Assembly: GCF_001194135.2 (NCBI RefSeq)
Contig: NC_068981.1
Location: 194,053,769-194,103,885, forward strand
Source: Octopus bimaculoides
Lineage: Eukaryota
Reading direction: 5' to 3'
Length of the DNA stretch: 50,117 nt
Below, one piece after another: positions 1-13,336 of this stretch. Positions within the stretch are counted from its first letter, which is position 1. The number at the start of each line of letters is the position of its first letter. The position numbers were made by a program, and so were the translations under genes. The notes under the pieces are model-generated. The model saw nothing but the letters and a program-made list of their open reading frames with translations, did not search any database and had not been told where the DNA came from.

Positions 1-74
1 TATATATATATATATATATATACATACGTACATACACACACACACACATACATATATATATACATACATACATA

Positions 75-460
75 GGCACAAGGGTGGCTCTGTGGTAAGT
101 AGCTTGCTTACCAACCACATGGTTCCAGGTTCAGTCCCACTGAGTGGTACCTTGGGTAAGTGTCTTCTATGGCCTTGGGCCAACCAAAGCCTGAGTGGAT
201 TTGGCAGGTGGAAACTGAAAGAAGCCCGTCATATATATATATATATGTGTGTGTGTGTCTGTGTTTGTGCCCCAGCATCGCTTGACAACCGATGCTGGTG
301 TGTTTACGTCCCCCGTAACTTAGCGGTTCAGCAAAAGAAACCGATAGAATACAAACTAGGTTTACAAAGAGTAAGTCCTGGGGTCAATCTGTTTGACTAA
401 AGGCGGTGGCTCCAGCATGGCCGCAGTCAAATGACTGGAACAAATAAAAGAATAAAAGAT
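75..460 (+). mobile_element. tRNA-derived SINE family A, full length (about 25 full or partial copies in the window)
   Basis: A-box-like TGGCTCTGTGGTAAG and B-box-like GGTTCAGTCCC. CORE-like ACCTTGGGTAAGTGTCTT, then GGAAACTGAAAGAAGCCCGTC, an internal (TA)/(TG)n linker, a second module ending GCATGGCCGCAGTCAAATGACTG, and an AAAAGA tail. Confidence 0.85.
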
Positions 461-1038
461 CATCGTCATCATCATACATCCATTTTCCATGCTGGCATGG
501 GTTGGATGGTTTGACAGGAGTTGATAAGGCCAGGAACTGCATCAGGTTCCATCTGTTTTGACATGCTGGATGCCCTTCCTAATGCCAACCACTTCAAAAG
601 CGTATGGGCTGCCTCTTATGTGACACCCCATCACCAGTGTTTTTTTTTCCAGTTTCTCGTTAAACAACATCTGTAGTACAGGCATGTGTGTTGTGTTGAT
701 AATTTAAAGATGCTTAAGTGATAAATTCCATTAGAAAGGTAAGTGTTCCGGTGGATCTGTGCGAGCCATCATCTCAGTCTCTGACATAGGGATAATTACC
801 TAATAATTCTTTTATCACCTTCACTGTCTGGCTAGCTTACCTCCATTGACAGACTCTCTCTCCCCCCCTCTCTCTCCCTCTCTTTCCCTAATCTCACAAT
901 CTCTTCTTCCTCCATCTTCTTCCCTCTAATCCTTGCCGCTGGTTAGGATTAACCAGTAAGGTCAAGCTGACACGTGTGTGTATGGTTGTATTATCCTACG
1001 TGACATTTATCATGTAATAGGTGTTGTTAGCTTATCTA

Positions 1039-1101
<63 letters not shown>
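1039..1101. repeat. (CA)n microsatellite; many others, e.g. 1-72, (TA)n at 1722-1750, 2066-2115 and 21752-21796, (CT)n at 2311-2370, (TAGA/TAGG)n at 12545-12630, (CA)n at 14398-14438
   Basis: Direct reading of simple repeats. Confidence 0.95.
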
Positions 1102-1103
<2 letters not shown>

Positions 1104-1717
1104 CTAAATTTCCTCTAGTGGGACATTTCGAGAAGTGTTTGACAAGCATCAAAGATATCTCTCTCTCCTCTCTACCCATTCTGTGAAATGTCCATCAGTG
1201 TTAAAGCACTATTAGCTGTGAGACCAGGCAGAGTTGTGTGACAAAGAAAATAGTTTCAGCTCCAATCCTACTGCCGGGCACCTTAGGACAGTGTCCTCTG
1301 ACATAAACCCCAGATCAACCAGAGCCCCATAAGTGGAATTTAATGCATTGAAACTATACAGGAGCCTGCTGTAGGGACCATTTCTTTTTTTGGAGGCTAG
1401 GCTTAACCCCTTTGATACTAACATGCCCAAGACTGACCATTAGTTCTATCATACAAACTTTTTGTTTTAAAGAGATCTAGATTAAAACCTACCATCCAAA
1501 TATCCTGTTCCTTTATGTTCCAAACACCAAAGAGGTTTCACTAAATTCTTCATTACAGATCCTGGTATGACTGTGTGGTGAGAAGTTTGCTTCCCGACTA
1601 CATGGTCCCCAGATTCAGCCCCTCTGCATGGCACCTTGGTCAAGTGTCCTCTGTTGTAGCCCTGAGTCAATTCAAGCTTTGTGTGTGTTGTTTACTAGGT
1701 AGAAACTGGAAGATGCC

Positions 1718-1750
<33 letters not shown>

Positions 1751-1752
<2 letters not shown>

Positions 1753-1909
1753 TCTCTGAGTGGTTGGCGTTAGGAAGGGCATCCAGCTGTAGAAACTCTG
1801 CCAAATTAGACTGGAGCCTGGTGTTGCCATCCGGTTTCACCAGTCCTCAGTCAAATCGTCCAACCCATGCTAGCATGGAAAGCGGACGTTAAACGATGAT
1901 GATGATGAT
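1751..1909 (+). mobile_element. (GAT)n-tailed retroposon family V (5'-truncated 3' end of a probably RTE-like LINE, with a V-domain-like motif), young copy
   Basis: GAGTGGTTGGCGTTAGGAAGGGCATCCAGCTGTAGAAA...GGACGTTAAACGATGATGAT. GGAAGGGCATCC-x-GTA(A/G)AA resembles the V-SINE/DANA motif. About 18 copies in the window. Confidence 0.8.
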
Positions 1910-2063
1910 ATATTTTAGCTATATATATATATCATCATCATTTAACATCCCTCTTCCACACACACAAACACACATATATATAATTTTGGTGAAAAATGCC
2001 TTTCAAAGGCTAATTTATTATATTCTATGAAGTATGTATGTGTTTGATTATTAAGAGTGTGCG

Positions 2064-2119
<56 letters not shown>

Positions 2120-2313
2120 CACACACATACTTTAGTAATGTAAACAAGCTTCTTCTTGGTCCTATATCTTCACAATCCCTTCTAATAAACAGTAGACATT
2201 CTACTATATCTGGATCTCATTTAGTGTTTTTCCTTTTTCCAACTACTCCACTGTATTTACATATTATTTAACTTGTGTCATAAGTCTACCTACACACACA
2301 CACACTCTCTTTT

Positions 2314-2372
<59 letters not shown>

Positions 2373-2883
2373 CAACAGCAACCACTACCATCCTGCATAT
2401 TGTACAGACCAATAAGGGTGCTTCTCACCCTGCTACAAATAGCAACTAAACTTTTATTCCCTTAAATTCCACTCTTCTTACCATTCTTCTTATGTTGCTA
2501 ATTTAGACAACATTGGCTGACATAATATTAGATACATACAGCCTGAATAATAGTTGGGATGGTCATGGCTGGAATGCTTTTGAACACATGAGTATTTAAT
2601 TAAGGCTTACTTGAATGTAAACAACATCAACAACAATCCTACCACTTGGTCATGTGATACTAAGTAACATTACCAAGACATTGCATCATACACACACAAA
2701 CACACACACACACACAACGCGCACACACACACATTACAGTGTTATGGTAACGGATGTCTGCATGATATATTTTGGTTTCTTCATGTTACCCTATCTTAGG
2801 TACCCTCAACTGCTGAACTGCTCCCAGTTCGTAGATCTTTCATCTTTTACTTGTTTCAGGTGTTTGATTGCAGCCATGCTATG

Positions 2884-3235
2884 ATGCCAGTGCCGCCTGA
2901 CTGGCTCCCCGTGCTGGTGGCATGTAAAAAGCACTATCCGAATGTGGTCAATGCCATCTTCCCCACCCCGCCCTGACTGGCTCCTGTGCCAGTAGCACGT
3001 AAAAAGCACCATCCAAACATAGCCGATGCCAGTGCCACCTGAGTGGCTCCAGTGCCGGTGGCACATAAAAAGCAGTCACTACACTCTCGGAGTGGTTGGT
3101 GTTAGGAAGGGCATCCAGCTGTAGAAACACTGCCAAATCAGATTTGAAGCCTGGTATGGCCTCCTGGCTTGCCAGCCCCTAGTCAAACCATCCAACCCGT
3201 GCCAGTATGGAAAACGGACATTAAATGATGATGAT
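2884..3235 (+). mobile_element. Retroposon family V with about 3 tandem units
   Basis: Repeated GCCAGTGCCGCCTGACTGGCTCC-GTGC.GGTGGCAC.TAAAAAGCAC units, then the V motif and (GAT)n. Confidence 0.8.
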
Positions 3236-3647
3236 CTCTTTTGCCAAACTAAGTTTCAGGGATGTAAACACCCCAACACCAGTTAAGTGGTGAGGGGGAA
3301 CATACACAATGAGCTAAGTTTCACTTTCTGTCTACCAGATTCAGTCACAAGGCTTTGGTCAGCCTTGGGCTATGGTAGAAGTCACTTGCCCAAGGTGCTA
3401 TGCTGTGGGACTTTCAGTATATGATTAATGGCATGTAGGGTTTTCATGCCATTAATGATATGCAAAGCACTTCTCCTGCCCCTCATCAAGGAGTCAAGAG
3501 CTGCTCTGACCAAATGGCTGTGTGGTTAGTTGTTAACTTTGCATTTTTATTCAAATGGCACCATGTCCACTACTGACCACCCACTACCACACAGTGGGCA
3601 AAGAAACAAAGACTTTTGTTAATGATTTCTCTCTTTTGCCCCCCCCC

Positions 3648-3685
3648 NNNNNNNNNNNNNNNNNNNNNNNNNNNNNNNNNNNNNN
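3648..3685. other. Assembly gap (N); other gaps at 28983-29152, 33645-34094, 35057-35748, 42617-42729 and 46683-46707
   Basis: N runs, mostly next to homopolymers or microsatellites. Confidence 1.
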
Positions 3686-6600
3686 CGGACATTTGATGGT
3701 GGTGGTGTGTGTGTTTGTGCCTCCCCCCCCCCAACCACTATTTGACAGCCAGTGTTGGTGTGTTTATGTCCCCTTCCCCTTGTAACTTAGCGGCTCAACA
3801 AAACAGACCGACAGAATAAGTCCCATGCTTAAAAAAGAAATAAGTGCAGGCGTCGATTCGTTTGACTAAAAATTGTTGAAGGGGATGCCCCAGCATGGCC
3901 ATATCCAATGACAGAAACAAGTAAAAGATGAAAACATGTGTTTGTATATATGCAATGTCTGTATACGTGTGTGTGTGTGTGTGTTTTAAGTAGGATCTAG
4001 AAATAGCAGTGTTTAAGCAGTTTTTATTTGTTTTGGCTATTTTTGTTTTTCCTGTTTTTGTTTCTTTGCACTCACTGTTTATTTCCTGGTTCATTTAGTG
4101 ACCAACTTCGTTTCCTCTATTAGTCATTTTACTAACACCTTTACTAACATTACTACTCTATAATGGTGTCTTGTCTGTTCGTTCTGTGTAATTTCAAAAT
4201 ACCAAGCTATTTCACAATCGTTCTTCAATTCTAGGTCACACTGCTAGTTTGACCTTTGTAGAATTCTCTTTTTGTTTTTTTCGTATCTTTTGTTGTCTTG
4301 TGACATGATGAAACTAGCTTAATGACTATTGATAAACGAGATAAGATGAAATGATTTGCGTACATAATACCATACCTTTATATTGTAAGTTCAAAATACA
4401 CCAAGGTTAACTTTGTCTTTCATACTTCTGGGGTTGATACAAGAAGTTGCAGTTAGAGTGGAAGTTAGAGCAACAATGCCCTTACTTCAAACTCTGTAGT
4501 TTATATCTGAAACCTTTCATCATCATATTTCTGATGAAATACACTGCCTTTGTTTTAATTATTTTTGTAAATAACAAAGAATTTAGCCAAATAATCGTAT
4601 TGTGCCTTGGAAGGGTCATTATGCCAATAATAACACACTCACTGATTCCATATCACTTCTTTATTGTTAATCAATTGTTTAAATATGTAACCAACTTACT
4701 AATCAATCATTTGTTTCATGTGCTGGTTATACAGTCAATCAGTTGTTTGTGAGTGAAAGTCCCTTTGTTGCTATTCATGACCACTTCAAGGTAATAATAA
4801 AGAAGTGGTATTGAACCAGTGTGTGTGTTATTATTGGTGTAATGATCCTCCCAAGACTAGATTTCACATCAAGAATCTTGCAAACCAAATACAAAAATGA
4901 AATTAACGAAATAATTTTATTATTATTAAACTGGTGTAACTTGGAATTTGGATTGAAAGGGGGAAATGTGGCTCTGTGGTTATGAAGCATGATTCCCAAG
5001 CATGTAGCCTTAGGTTCAGTCTCACTATGCACCAGTTTGAGCAAGTGGATTTGGTAGATAGAAATTGAACAGAACTTATCGTATATACACGTGTATTTTT
5101 TATGTACCCTTATTTTGACATCAGCAATGTTGTTCATTTCTTGTCTTCTGTGAAAAATATGTCTAGCAATGGAGGAAAAATGGTCTTGCTTGGAAACAGC
5201 TGAGGGTCGGTGACAGAAAGAGCATTCGGCTGTAGAAATTCTCCCTGACCCCTGCAAGCATTGAAAAGTGGACATTAAATGCTAATGGTGGTAATTTAAT
5301 TGATGAAACAACTGGACAACTCATCACTGACAATGTTTTAATGTTCATTTTTCTATGCTTTCATGGATCAAATGGAAGATTTTCTAAGACAAGATGCCCT
5401 TCCTGTCACCAAACCTCCCTTGTTTCCAAGCAAGGTTAATATTTCCCCCATGGCCAGACATGTTTTTTCACAGAAGACTAAAAATGAACAACATTGCTTG
5501 TATGATGATGATGCTCATTTACAGCCATCATGTGATGTCAAGATCAGAGTGTACACGCACGCACACACACACACACACACACACACATATGATGAACTTC
5601 TTTCAGTTTCTGTCCATCAAATTCTCATCTGAGGCATTGTGTCGTCCCATGGCTATAGTAGAAGATACTTGCCCAAGGTACATTCAGGAGGACTGAACAT
5701 GAAACCATGAGGTTAGGAGCCAAGCCTCCCACCCACACTCCCATATTTACTTTGTGTGTGATGGACTTTTCGCAACCCAATTCTTTGATTGGAAACACTT
5801 ACCAAGACATTGCACTGTGGAACTCATCCTGGACTGGCATGGTTGCAGTGGGAGCTTCTTAACTGCACGGTCACACCTAGCCCCATATCCATCCATCCAT
5901 ACTTACAGTTGAGATATGCTAATGCCAGCTTAATTGCACCTCAGCCATGTGGTATATCCAGCCTTGCAGACATGCCATACTGTGTCCTCTACTGCAACAT
6001 GAACTGCAACACTCATACAGTATAGGTGAATGTGTTGTGAGTTAGGGATTAGTGACATAGCTGTTCATTATGGGACTTAGGAAGTGTGGTGTGGCCTTGA
6101 CTCTGTGCTTGTTGATTAACTCAGGTCAGCTTTGATGAAACGCAGGTGTTGTGTGGGTGTATGAAAGAGTGATACCTTTGCAGTATTTGTATAAAAGAGA
6201 GAGAGAGATACTTCTGTAATGTGTGGGTTTGTGATAGCTCTCTGCAGTGTGTATGGGTGGCAGAAAGAGGGGTAAATGATCAGTAATACAGAAGGTGGGG
6301 GAGGGCCTTGAAATTAGTCTTGTAATTAAACTGTGTATTTATAATATTGATTAATAAAAACACACAGCAAATATAGCCACTAGGCTGTTTTTTTAGTATC
6401 CTAATCGGTTGGAAGTTTAGTTTTAAAAGCCTTTGGCGATGCCATTGTGGAATTTTGTATTATTAACAAAATAGAATAAAAATTACATTGTTGAAGATGG
6501 ATTAATTTTATTCCTACTAAAATGTATTGAAGAAAATCTGTATCTGTAGAAAGTCAAAAATCCAAATCAAAAACTGACATCTTAGAAATGGGACTGTTTC

Positions 6601-6775
6601 TCTTAGATCTTCCTTCACAAACTACTAAACCCTTCTGTCCCCAAATTTCTGTTGAAATACACTGCCCTGGTTTTATTAAATTTTGATAAAGACAAAGAAT
6701 TTAGTATAACTTTGTCAGGTGTTTAGATCATAAATTAATATGAAATATTGGTGGAAAGTTTTAATGTAGATCTCT

Positions 6776-7135
6776 TTAAGCCTTATGTTACCATATTTCT
6801 GGTGAAGTACACTGGCTTTGCTTCACTTAATATTGAAAATAATGAAAAATGTTGTAAAATAACTGTTTTTATTGAACTGATGTTTAGAATACAAATTAAC
6901 ATGAAATCTTGAATATCTTAAATAGAAAACCTATCAGGTCTAAATCTCTGAACAAGAAGCATGCAGCAACAGTATGATAGAGTAAAGTTTATTTGCCAAC
7001 ATAAAGTGGCAGTCCTGATTAGGATCAGTGTTACTGTTATTTAGCCTACTTTGAATATTTTGATCACTATAAAATGTGAAGTTTATATCATAGAACCAGG
7101 AGCAGTTTTGGATGGGTTTGTATCAAAAGGGTTAA
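6776..7135 (+). mobile_element. piggyBac-like MITE (family P1), degenerate; other fragments at about 1403-1552 (-), 4530-4600, 6625-6775, 13337-13545, 15440-15560 and 15800-15940
   Basis: Ends ...TATCAAAAGGG|TTAA (7132-7135). Related copies start TTAA|CCCTTT (13337, 1403). TTAA plus CCC...GGG termini is the piggyBac signature. Shared body AAATACACTGCC...GAATTTAGTAAAATAACT. Confidence 0.65.
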
Positions 7136-7427
7136 GAAGTTTGTATGTTGGGAACCAGAGGGAACCAGTTCAAATGTGTATCATTCTGTAAAACAAACTC
7201 CTATTTAACCCTTTTGTTATCAAGGAGCAGCTTCAGGTGGTTTGGTCCAGTGCAGGGAACAAATTAGTCTCTGTGAAACTGGAAATTTTAATGCATTTTA
7301 TCAATTTATATTTTTTATGACACCATTGGTTCCATCTTTTGACTCTGCAGCCTTCTGTGTGTGTGTGCGTGCGTGTGTGTGTTATCCTTAAGTTTGTAAT
7401 ATTAGTCTGATATTTCTCTTGAGTAAG

Positions 7428-7615
7428 ATGGCGAAATGCTTAACGGTATTTCGTCTGATATTACGTTCCGAGTTCAAATTCTACAGAGGTCAACTTTGCC
7501 TCTCATCCTTTTGTGGTCGATAAATTAAGTACCAGTTGTGTACTGGGGTCGATTTAATTGACTGGCCTCCTCCCCAAAAATTTTGGGCTTTGTGCCTAGA
7601 GTAGAAAAGGATATC
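7428..7615 (+). mobile_element. SINE family M with tail type B (CCCCAAAAATTTTGGGCTTTGTGCCTAGAGTAGAAAAG)
   Basis: Same core as the 17839 copy, different 3' tail. Confidence 0.8.
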
Positions 7616-8048
7616 CCTGTTCAGTATGTGTAGTATCCTGTGTCTGGTATTTCTGTGCCGTGTGTGTGTGTGTCTGCAGTGTCTCATAGAGATCTTTTAT
7701 ATATGCTGAAGTAATATTAGAAAAACGGCTTGGGAGTAGGAGATGCTTGACCTACATTTAACATGGGGTGGATGAAGATAGTATAACTAACTAGTATGGG
7801 GGGGGGGCTGAGGTTGCAAGACATGTTTAATAGGTTTATAATATGACACTGCTGCTGCTGATGATGATGATGATTAACATGGTAATGTCATTTGTTATTT
7901 GATTCTCCTTCTACATGGTTAGATTCTCCATCAAGCTTTTCTATCGAGGACATAACCTTTACTCTGTTAATTTTCGTGTTGCTTTTTATTTTTTTAATCC
8001 CAAATTAACTTCTAGATTTGAGGTTTCTAAACTATCTCTCTCTTTCTT

Positions 8049-8079
<31 letters not shown>

Positions 8080-8364
8080 GTAGCTTCTTTCATTCTAACA
8101 GCAGCAGCACCACCTCCTCCTCTCTTGCCTTTCCAATGTCCATGACTTTTTTGCTACTACCACTTACAACCCTCTCCCACCTTTGGAAATGTCGGTAGGG
8201 CCACCATTCTCCCCAATGGTATCTCTAGTGCAGCACCACTCACACCTTTCTTTGCAGATGTGGCAGTCTATCTAGTTTTATCAACATGACCTGCCCTTTT
8301 GGAAATAACCCCAGTTCCAATATCCACCACATACACACATACACTACTTTTTAAAGTATCTATA

Positions 8365-8745
8365 GTGCAGGAGTGGCTGTGTGGTAAGAAGCTTGCTTCC
8401 TAATCTCATGGTTCCAGGTTCAGTCCCACACTGCGATGCACTTTTGCCAAGTGTCTTCTACTATAGCCTTGGGCCAACCAAAACCTTGTGAGTGCATTTG
8501 GTAGATGGAAACTGAAAGAAGCCCGTCATATATGTGTGTGTTTGTCCCCCCACCCCACTCCCACCGTTGCTTGACAACCAATGCTGGTGTGTTTACGTCC
8601 CCGAAACTTAGCGGTTCGGCAAGAGAGAGTGATACAATAAGTACTAGGCTTACAAAGAATAAGTCCTGGGATTGATTTGCTCAATTAAACGCGGTGCTCC
8701 AGCATGGCCGCAGTCAAATGACAAACAAGTAAAAGAGTAAAAGAA
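8365..8745 (+). mobile_element. SINE family A, full length
   Basis: Same head, linker and tail as 75-460. Confidence 0.85.
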
Positions 8746-10077
8746 TACACATACGTGTATGTGTGTGTGTGTCTCTCTGTCTGGGTTTGTCTCCCACCAC
8801 CGCTTGTGTATATGTCCCCGTAACTGAGCAGTTCAGCAAAAGAGACCAATAGAATAAGTACCAGGGTCGATTCATTCGGCTAAAAATTCTTCAAGGCATT
8901 GCCCTAGCATGGCCACAATCTAATGGCTGAAACAAGTAAAAGATAAAACATTCTGCAACCACTGCTACTTTATTGTTGGATGTCTATCCACTCGTGTGTG
9001 TGTGTCTGTTTGTGTGTACACACCCACACACACATATAGAACACAGCACAGACATGTGAGAGTTCCAATTGTTAGAATGCAAGCAATTAGTATGACGACC
9101 AGTCATTATGTCAATATTATCATCTCTCTACATAAAAGTTTGGTTTTATACTTAATATATTGTAATAAAGTCTTTTACTACTACCCCCCTCTTCTTACTT
9201 ACTTCCCCTACCACCACCACCACCTCTCTCTCTCTCTCTCTCGTTTGCTCTGCAATAAGCCACCATCTAACAACAATATATACCCAGTTTTATAGGCCCT
9301 GACCTTCTTCTAACAAACACAACCAATCAATAATCGTATTCACACACATCTCACTGACTCACTTTATTTCTGAGGTTACTACTGTTCCTTCTTTTTTTCT
9401 TTTTTTTTTATGTATTCCCAAGCAATTTCTCCAGCCACAGACTCTGTGAAATTTACATTCTCATACCATTATCACCATCACCATCGTCATTATTAATAGC
9501 CGTGTGTGTTCTTCTTAATGCCAAAGTAATATATGAGTTTAACTTGCAGTGGTCAGTGGCACATATTTGAACAGCAACAACGACAACAAGTATATCAAAT
9601 ACCATACGACAGTGGTTCGTAACTGGGGGTCCATATAAGATTCTGTTGTTAAAATTCATGAGCAGGCGTGGCTGTGTGGTAAGAAGCTTGCTTCCCAACC
9701 ACATGGTCCCGGGTTCAGTCCCACTGCGTGGCACCTTGGGCAAGTGTCTTCTACTATAGCCTCAGGCCGACTAAAGCCTTGTGAGTGAACTTGGCAGACT
9801 GAAAGAAGCTCGTAAAAGAATGGCAAAAAAAATAAGAGTAAATTGCTTACACTCCTACAATACACTTAATTTAATTAAAATTTTTTTAATACAGTTTCTA
9901 ATAATATTTAATTATGAAGATATAATAGGATTTTTAAAAATTAGAAAAGCTATGGGGTCTCTCTGAGTAAAACGGCTCAAAGGGGTCCATAGGTACAGAA
10001 TGGTTCAGAAAGACTGATACCAAATAAATTCTTGATTTATTAAAATTAACCTTGGCTTTGGACACTAAACTCGGCTT

Positions 10078-10513
10078 GCGAAGACCTGTTGGGATAAGTG
10101 AAATCGAAATCGTGATGGCACAAGCACCGACCAAGTGTGATCATTGCCAGAGCAGCTGTCTGGATTCCGTGCCAGTGGCACTTAAATAGCAACACTTGTG
10201 CTGGTGGCACATGAAAAGTCATTCGAGCGAGGTCGTTGCTAGTGCCACTGGACTGGCTCCTGTGCAGGTGGCACGTAAAAAACACCATTTTGAGCGTGGC
10301 CATTGCCAGTATCACCTGACTAACCTTCGTGCCGGTGGCACATAAAAGCACCCACTACACTCTGTGAGTGGTTGGCGTTAGGAAGGGCATCCAGCTGTAG
10401 AAACTCTGCCAAATCAGATTGGAGCCTGGTGCAGCCATCTGGTTCGCCAGTCCCTAGTCAAATCGTCCAACCCATGCTAGCATGGAAAGCGAATGTTAAA
10501 TGATGATGATGAT
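10078..10513 (+). mobile_element. Retroposon family V, long copy possibly reaching the end of a LINE ORF
   Basis: 5' end GCGAAGACCTGTTGGGATAAGTGA (reads AKTCWDK-stop) is shared with 26376 (CTCGAGGGGACCTGTTGAATCAAG). Tandem units, V motif and (GAT)n tail follow. Confidence 0.75.
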
Positions 10514-10520
10514 ATATGTA

Positions 10521-10567
<47 letters not shown>

Positions 10568-12709
10568 GTTCGTGTCTCTTTGCCCCCCCCCCATCATTGT
10601 TTGACATCCCGAGGTTAGTGTGGCTGCAGTCTAATGACTGAAACAAGTAAAAGCTAAAAGATGAACATCTACAGTTTACTTGAGAAACAGGAGTAGTAGT
10701 ACTCAATAAAGGTGATAGTTTTAGCTTGGTACTTATTTTGTTGGTTCCTTTTGTCAAACCACTAGGTTACAGGGACTTAAACACAACACCACCAGTTGTC
10801 AAGCAGTGTTGAGAGACAGACACAGAGAAACACAGGTGCCATGCAGTGGGGCTGAACCTGGAACCACATGGTCGGGAAGCAAACTTCTTATCGCACATTG
10901 TTGCATATTATAGATTTTTGCCTTATAAGGCTGAAAGTACAAAAACAAAAAAAAAGGTTAATAAAAACCCTGGCTCCCATCTACTTCGTCGCTCTCCCTT
11001 CCCATCAATCTCATTTATTGGGCACTGACTGTTTCATGTCTCAAACAAGTTTTTGAGAGGAAAACATTTCAACGTTATTGATCAATTGATTGATTGCCTT
11101 TTGATTGCTTCTGGCATATTGGTTTTCATCTGTTGTTTTTGCACACACACACACTGTGCACAGATACACATAAATGTGTTCTTAACACACACGTCCACAC
11201 ACACACGTCCACACACACACACACACACACGTGATGTTGTTTGGGCTTGGTCATCTGATTAACCAAATTTACTTTACCTGAAAATAGTTTGAATGGATTT
11301 AGCTGGAGCACATTGATTATAGGGTCACCTTGGGATTAAGCAGTGATACAAACCCCAATATTCTGTTGCTGAGTCATAAATCTCTTATCTTTTACTCATT
11401 TCAATTATTAGACTGTGACCATACTGGGGCCCCTCCTTGAAAAGTTTTAGTCAAACGAATCAACTTCTGTACTTTTCTGCCAAACCACTAACTTACAAAA
11501 AAAACATCAACACCGGTTGGTAAGCAATGCTGGGAAACAAACACAAAAACATACACACACAAATACACACACACACATATTCTCATCACCATTATTTAAT
11601 CTCCATTTTCTATACTGGCATGGATCGGTCAGTTTGACAGGAGCTGGCAGGTCAGAGAGCTGCACCAGGTTCCAATTGTCTGTTTCAGCATGGTTTCTAC
11701 AGCTGGACGCCCTTCCTAATGCCAATCACATTTCAGAGTGTGCTGAGTGCTTCATATGTGGCAACAGCACGGGTGGTTTATACGTGGCACCAGGACCCAC
11801 AAACTTTCAAATGATAGGGGGACATAAATAGCCCTTTTACTATCACCAAATGCTTGATACAACTAAAGGGAGCTAAGAACCTCGCATCTGTGCTCACTCG
11901 CCAGCCTGAGTAATTTGAAGGATTTGTGATGCAAGTACTCAATACTTTGTGAGTGGTATATTCAAAGCAACACATGACAAGCAAGCATGATTTTGGTAGC
12001 ATGTGTCATACTTTCTCTAATTGTAAATGTAAACACTTTTTTGACCATCCCACTTTTGACCAAGTGGAACATCAAGTTGTAGGTAAAGAGTACTGTACTC
12101 ACAATTGGCTGGTACTCATTTCAACTGAGTCGGCTGGAACAACATGAAATGATGTTTCTTGCTTGAAAACACAACGCACTGCCCGGGCCAGGAATCGGAC
12201 CCACAACCTTATAATCTCAATCTCAACACCTTCACTATTTGGCCATGTGCTTTGTGTATGTTTTTATCTGTCTGTGTGTCTGTTTGATGCTTAATGGGGT
12301 GGTAGGGTGGAATGTGAACATCAGGGAGAAAGTTTTTAAAAAACAGTTGTTTTCAAATGAAGTCTCTTATGATATTTGTTCCATGCTAAGTTACACCCAC
12401 TCCCTTGTTACTTGTGAGAAATGCAGTGAACCGATGATTAGTCTGTTAAGGATCTTTTACAAACAACGCTTTTGTTGACTGATTGCAATATAAAAGGAAT
12501 GAATGCAAAATACATAGATTAAGATATTTATGTGTGTGCATGTATAGATAGGTAGGTAGGTAGGTAGATATGTAGATAGATAGATAGATAGATATGTAGG
12601 TAGGTAGGTAGATAGATAAATAGATATGTACTTCTAATATAGGATAAAATTTTTCAAAAAATTTCATTAAGTGGCCAGCATATTAAATTACCTTTTCAGG
12701 TGAAAATTA

Positions 12710-12927
12710 TAAACAATTATAAATAAGAGCAAAAGAAAAAATTTCTATGCCAATTTGCTGAGAAATAGACTTTCAATCGTCAATCACCACATTCAATAGA
12801 CATCACTATAAATACACATCGTTATTCATAGTATGTATATTGTATGTGGTGATTGACGATTGAAAGTCTATTTCTCAGCATATTGGCATAGAAATTTTTT
12901 TCTTTTGCCCTTATTTATAATTGTTTA
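12710..12927. repeat. Near-perfect inverted repeat (about 83-bp arms, about 50-bp spacer); foldback MITE candidate
   Basis: 12710-12792 is the reverse complement of 12844-12927 with 2 substitutions and a 1-nt homopolymer indel. TA at both outer ends. Confidence 0.8.
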
Positions 12928-13336
12928 GACAGACAGATAGATATGTAGGTAGACAGACAGATAGATATGTAGGTAGACAGACAGATACACACATATATAT
13001 ACACATATATAATTGGCACTGTTCTTGGTTATCTCAGTTAACTGCAGGTTGTGTATTTGTGTTGGTGCCTGTTGCTTAGATATTTTTGGATTGTGATTAA
13101 TGTAACAAGTTGTGCTGCTCAATGATTTATCATATATGTGACTAATTTATTGATTATCATCAGCTATGTCCTACCTAACATTTGTCAGGTTTATTTTGTT
13201 TGTACCTGCTTATAGTCCATGAAATTTCCCCCTTTATTAGACTGAAAAAAAAAAAAAAAAACTATATTTCACTTCACATTTGTTAATTGTTAGTAATCCT
13301 CACTAATTAGTTATAGAGCATGATTAGCGATTTATA

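Noticed and set aside
653-738. Plus-strand segment between TTTTTTCCAG and AAG|GTAAGT
   Set aside because: Stops in all three frames; at best a UTR exon, and unsupported.
1212-1430. 72-aa minus ORF with protein-like composition
   Set aside because: No recognisable motif; its start overlaps a piggyBac-like MITE end.
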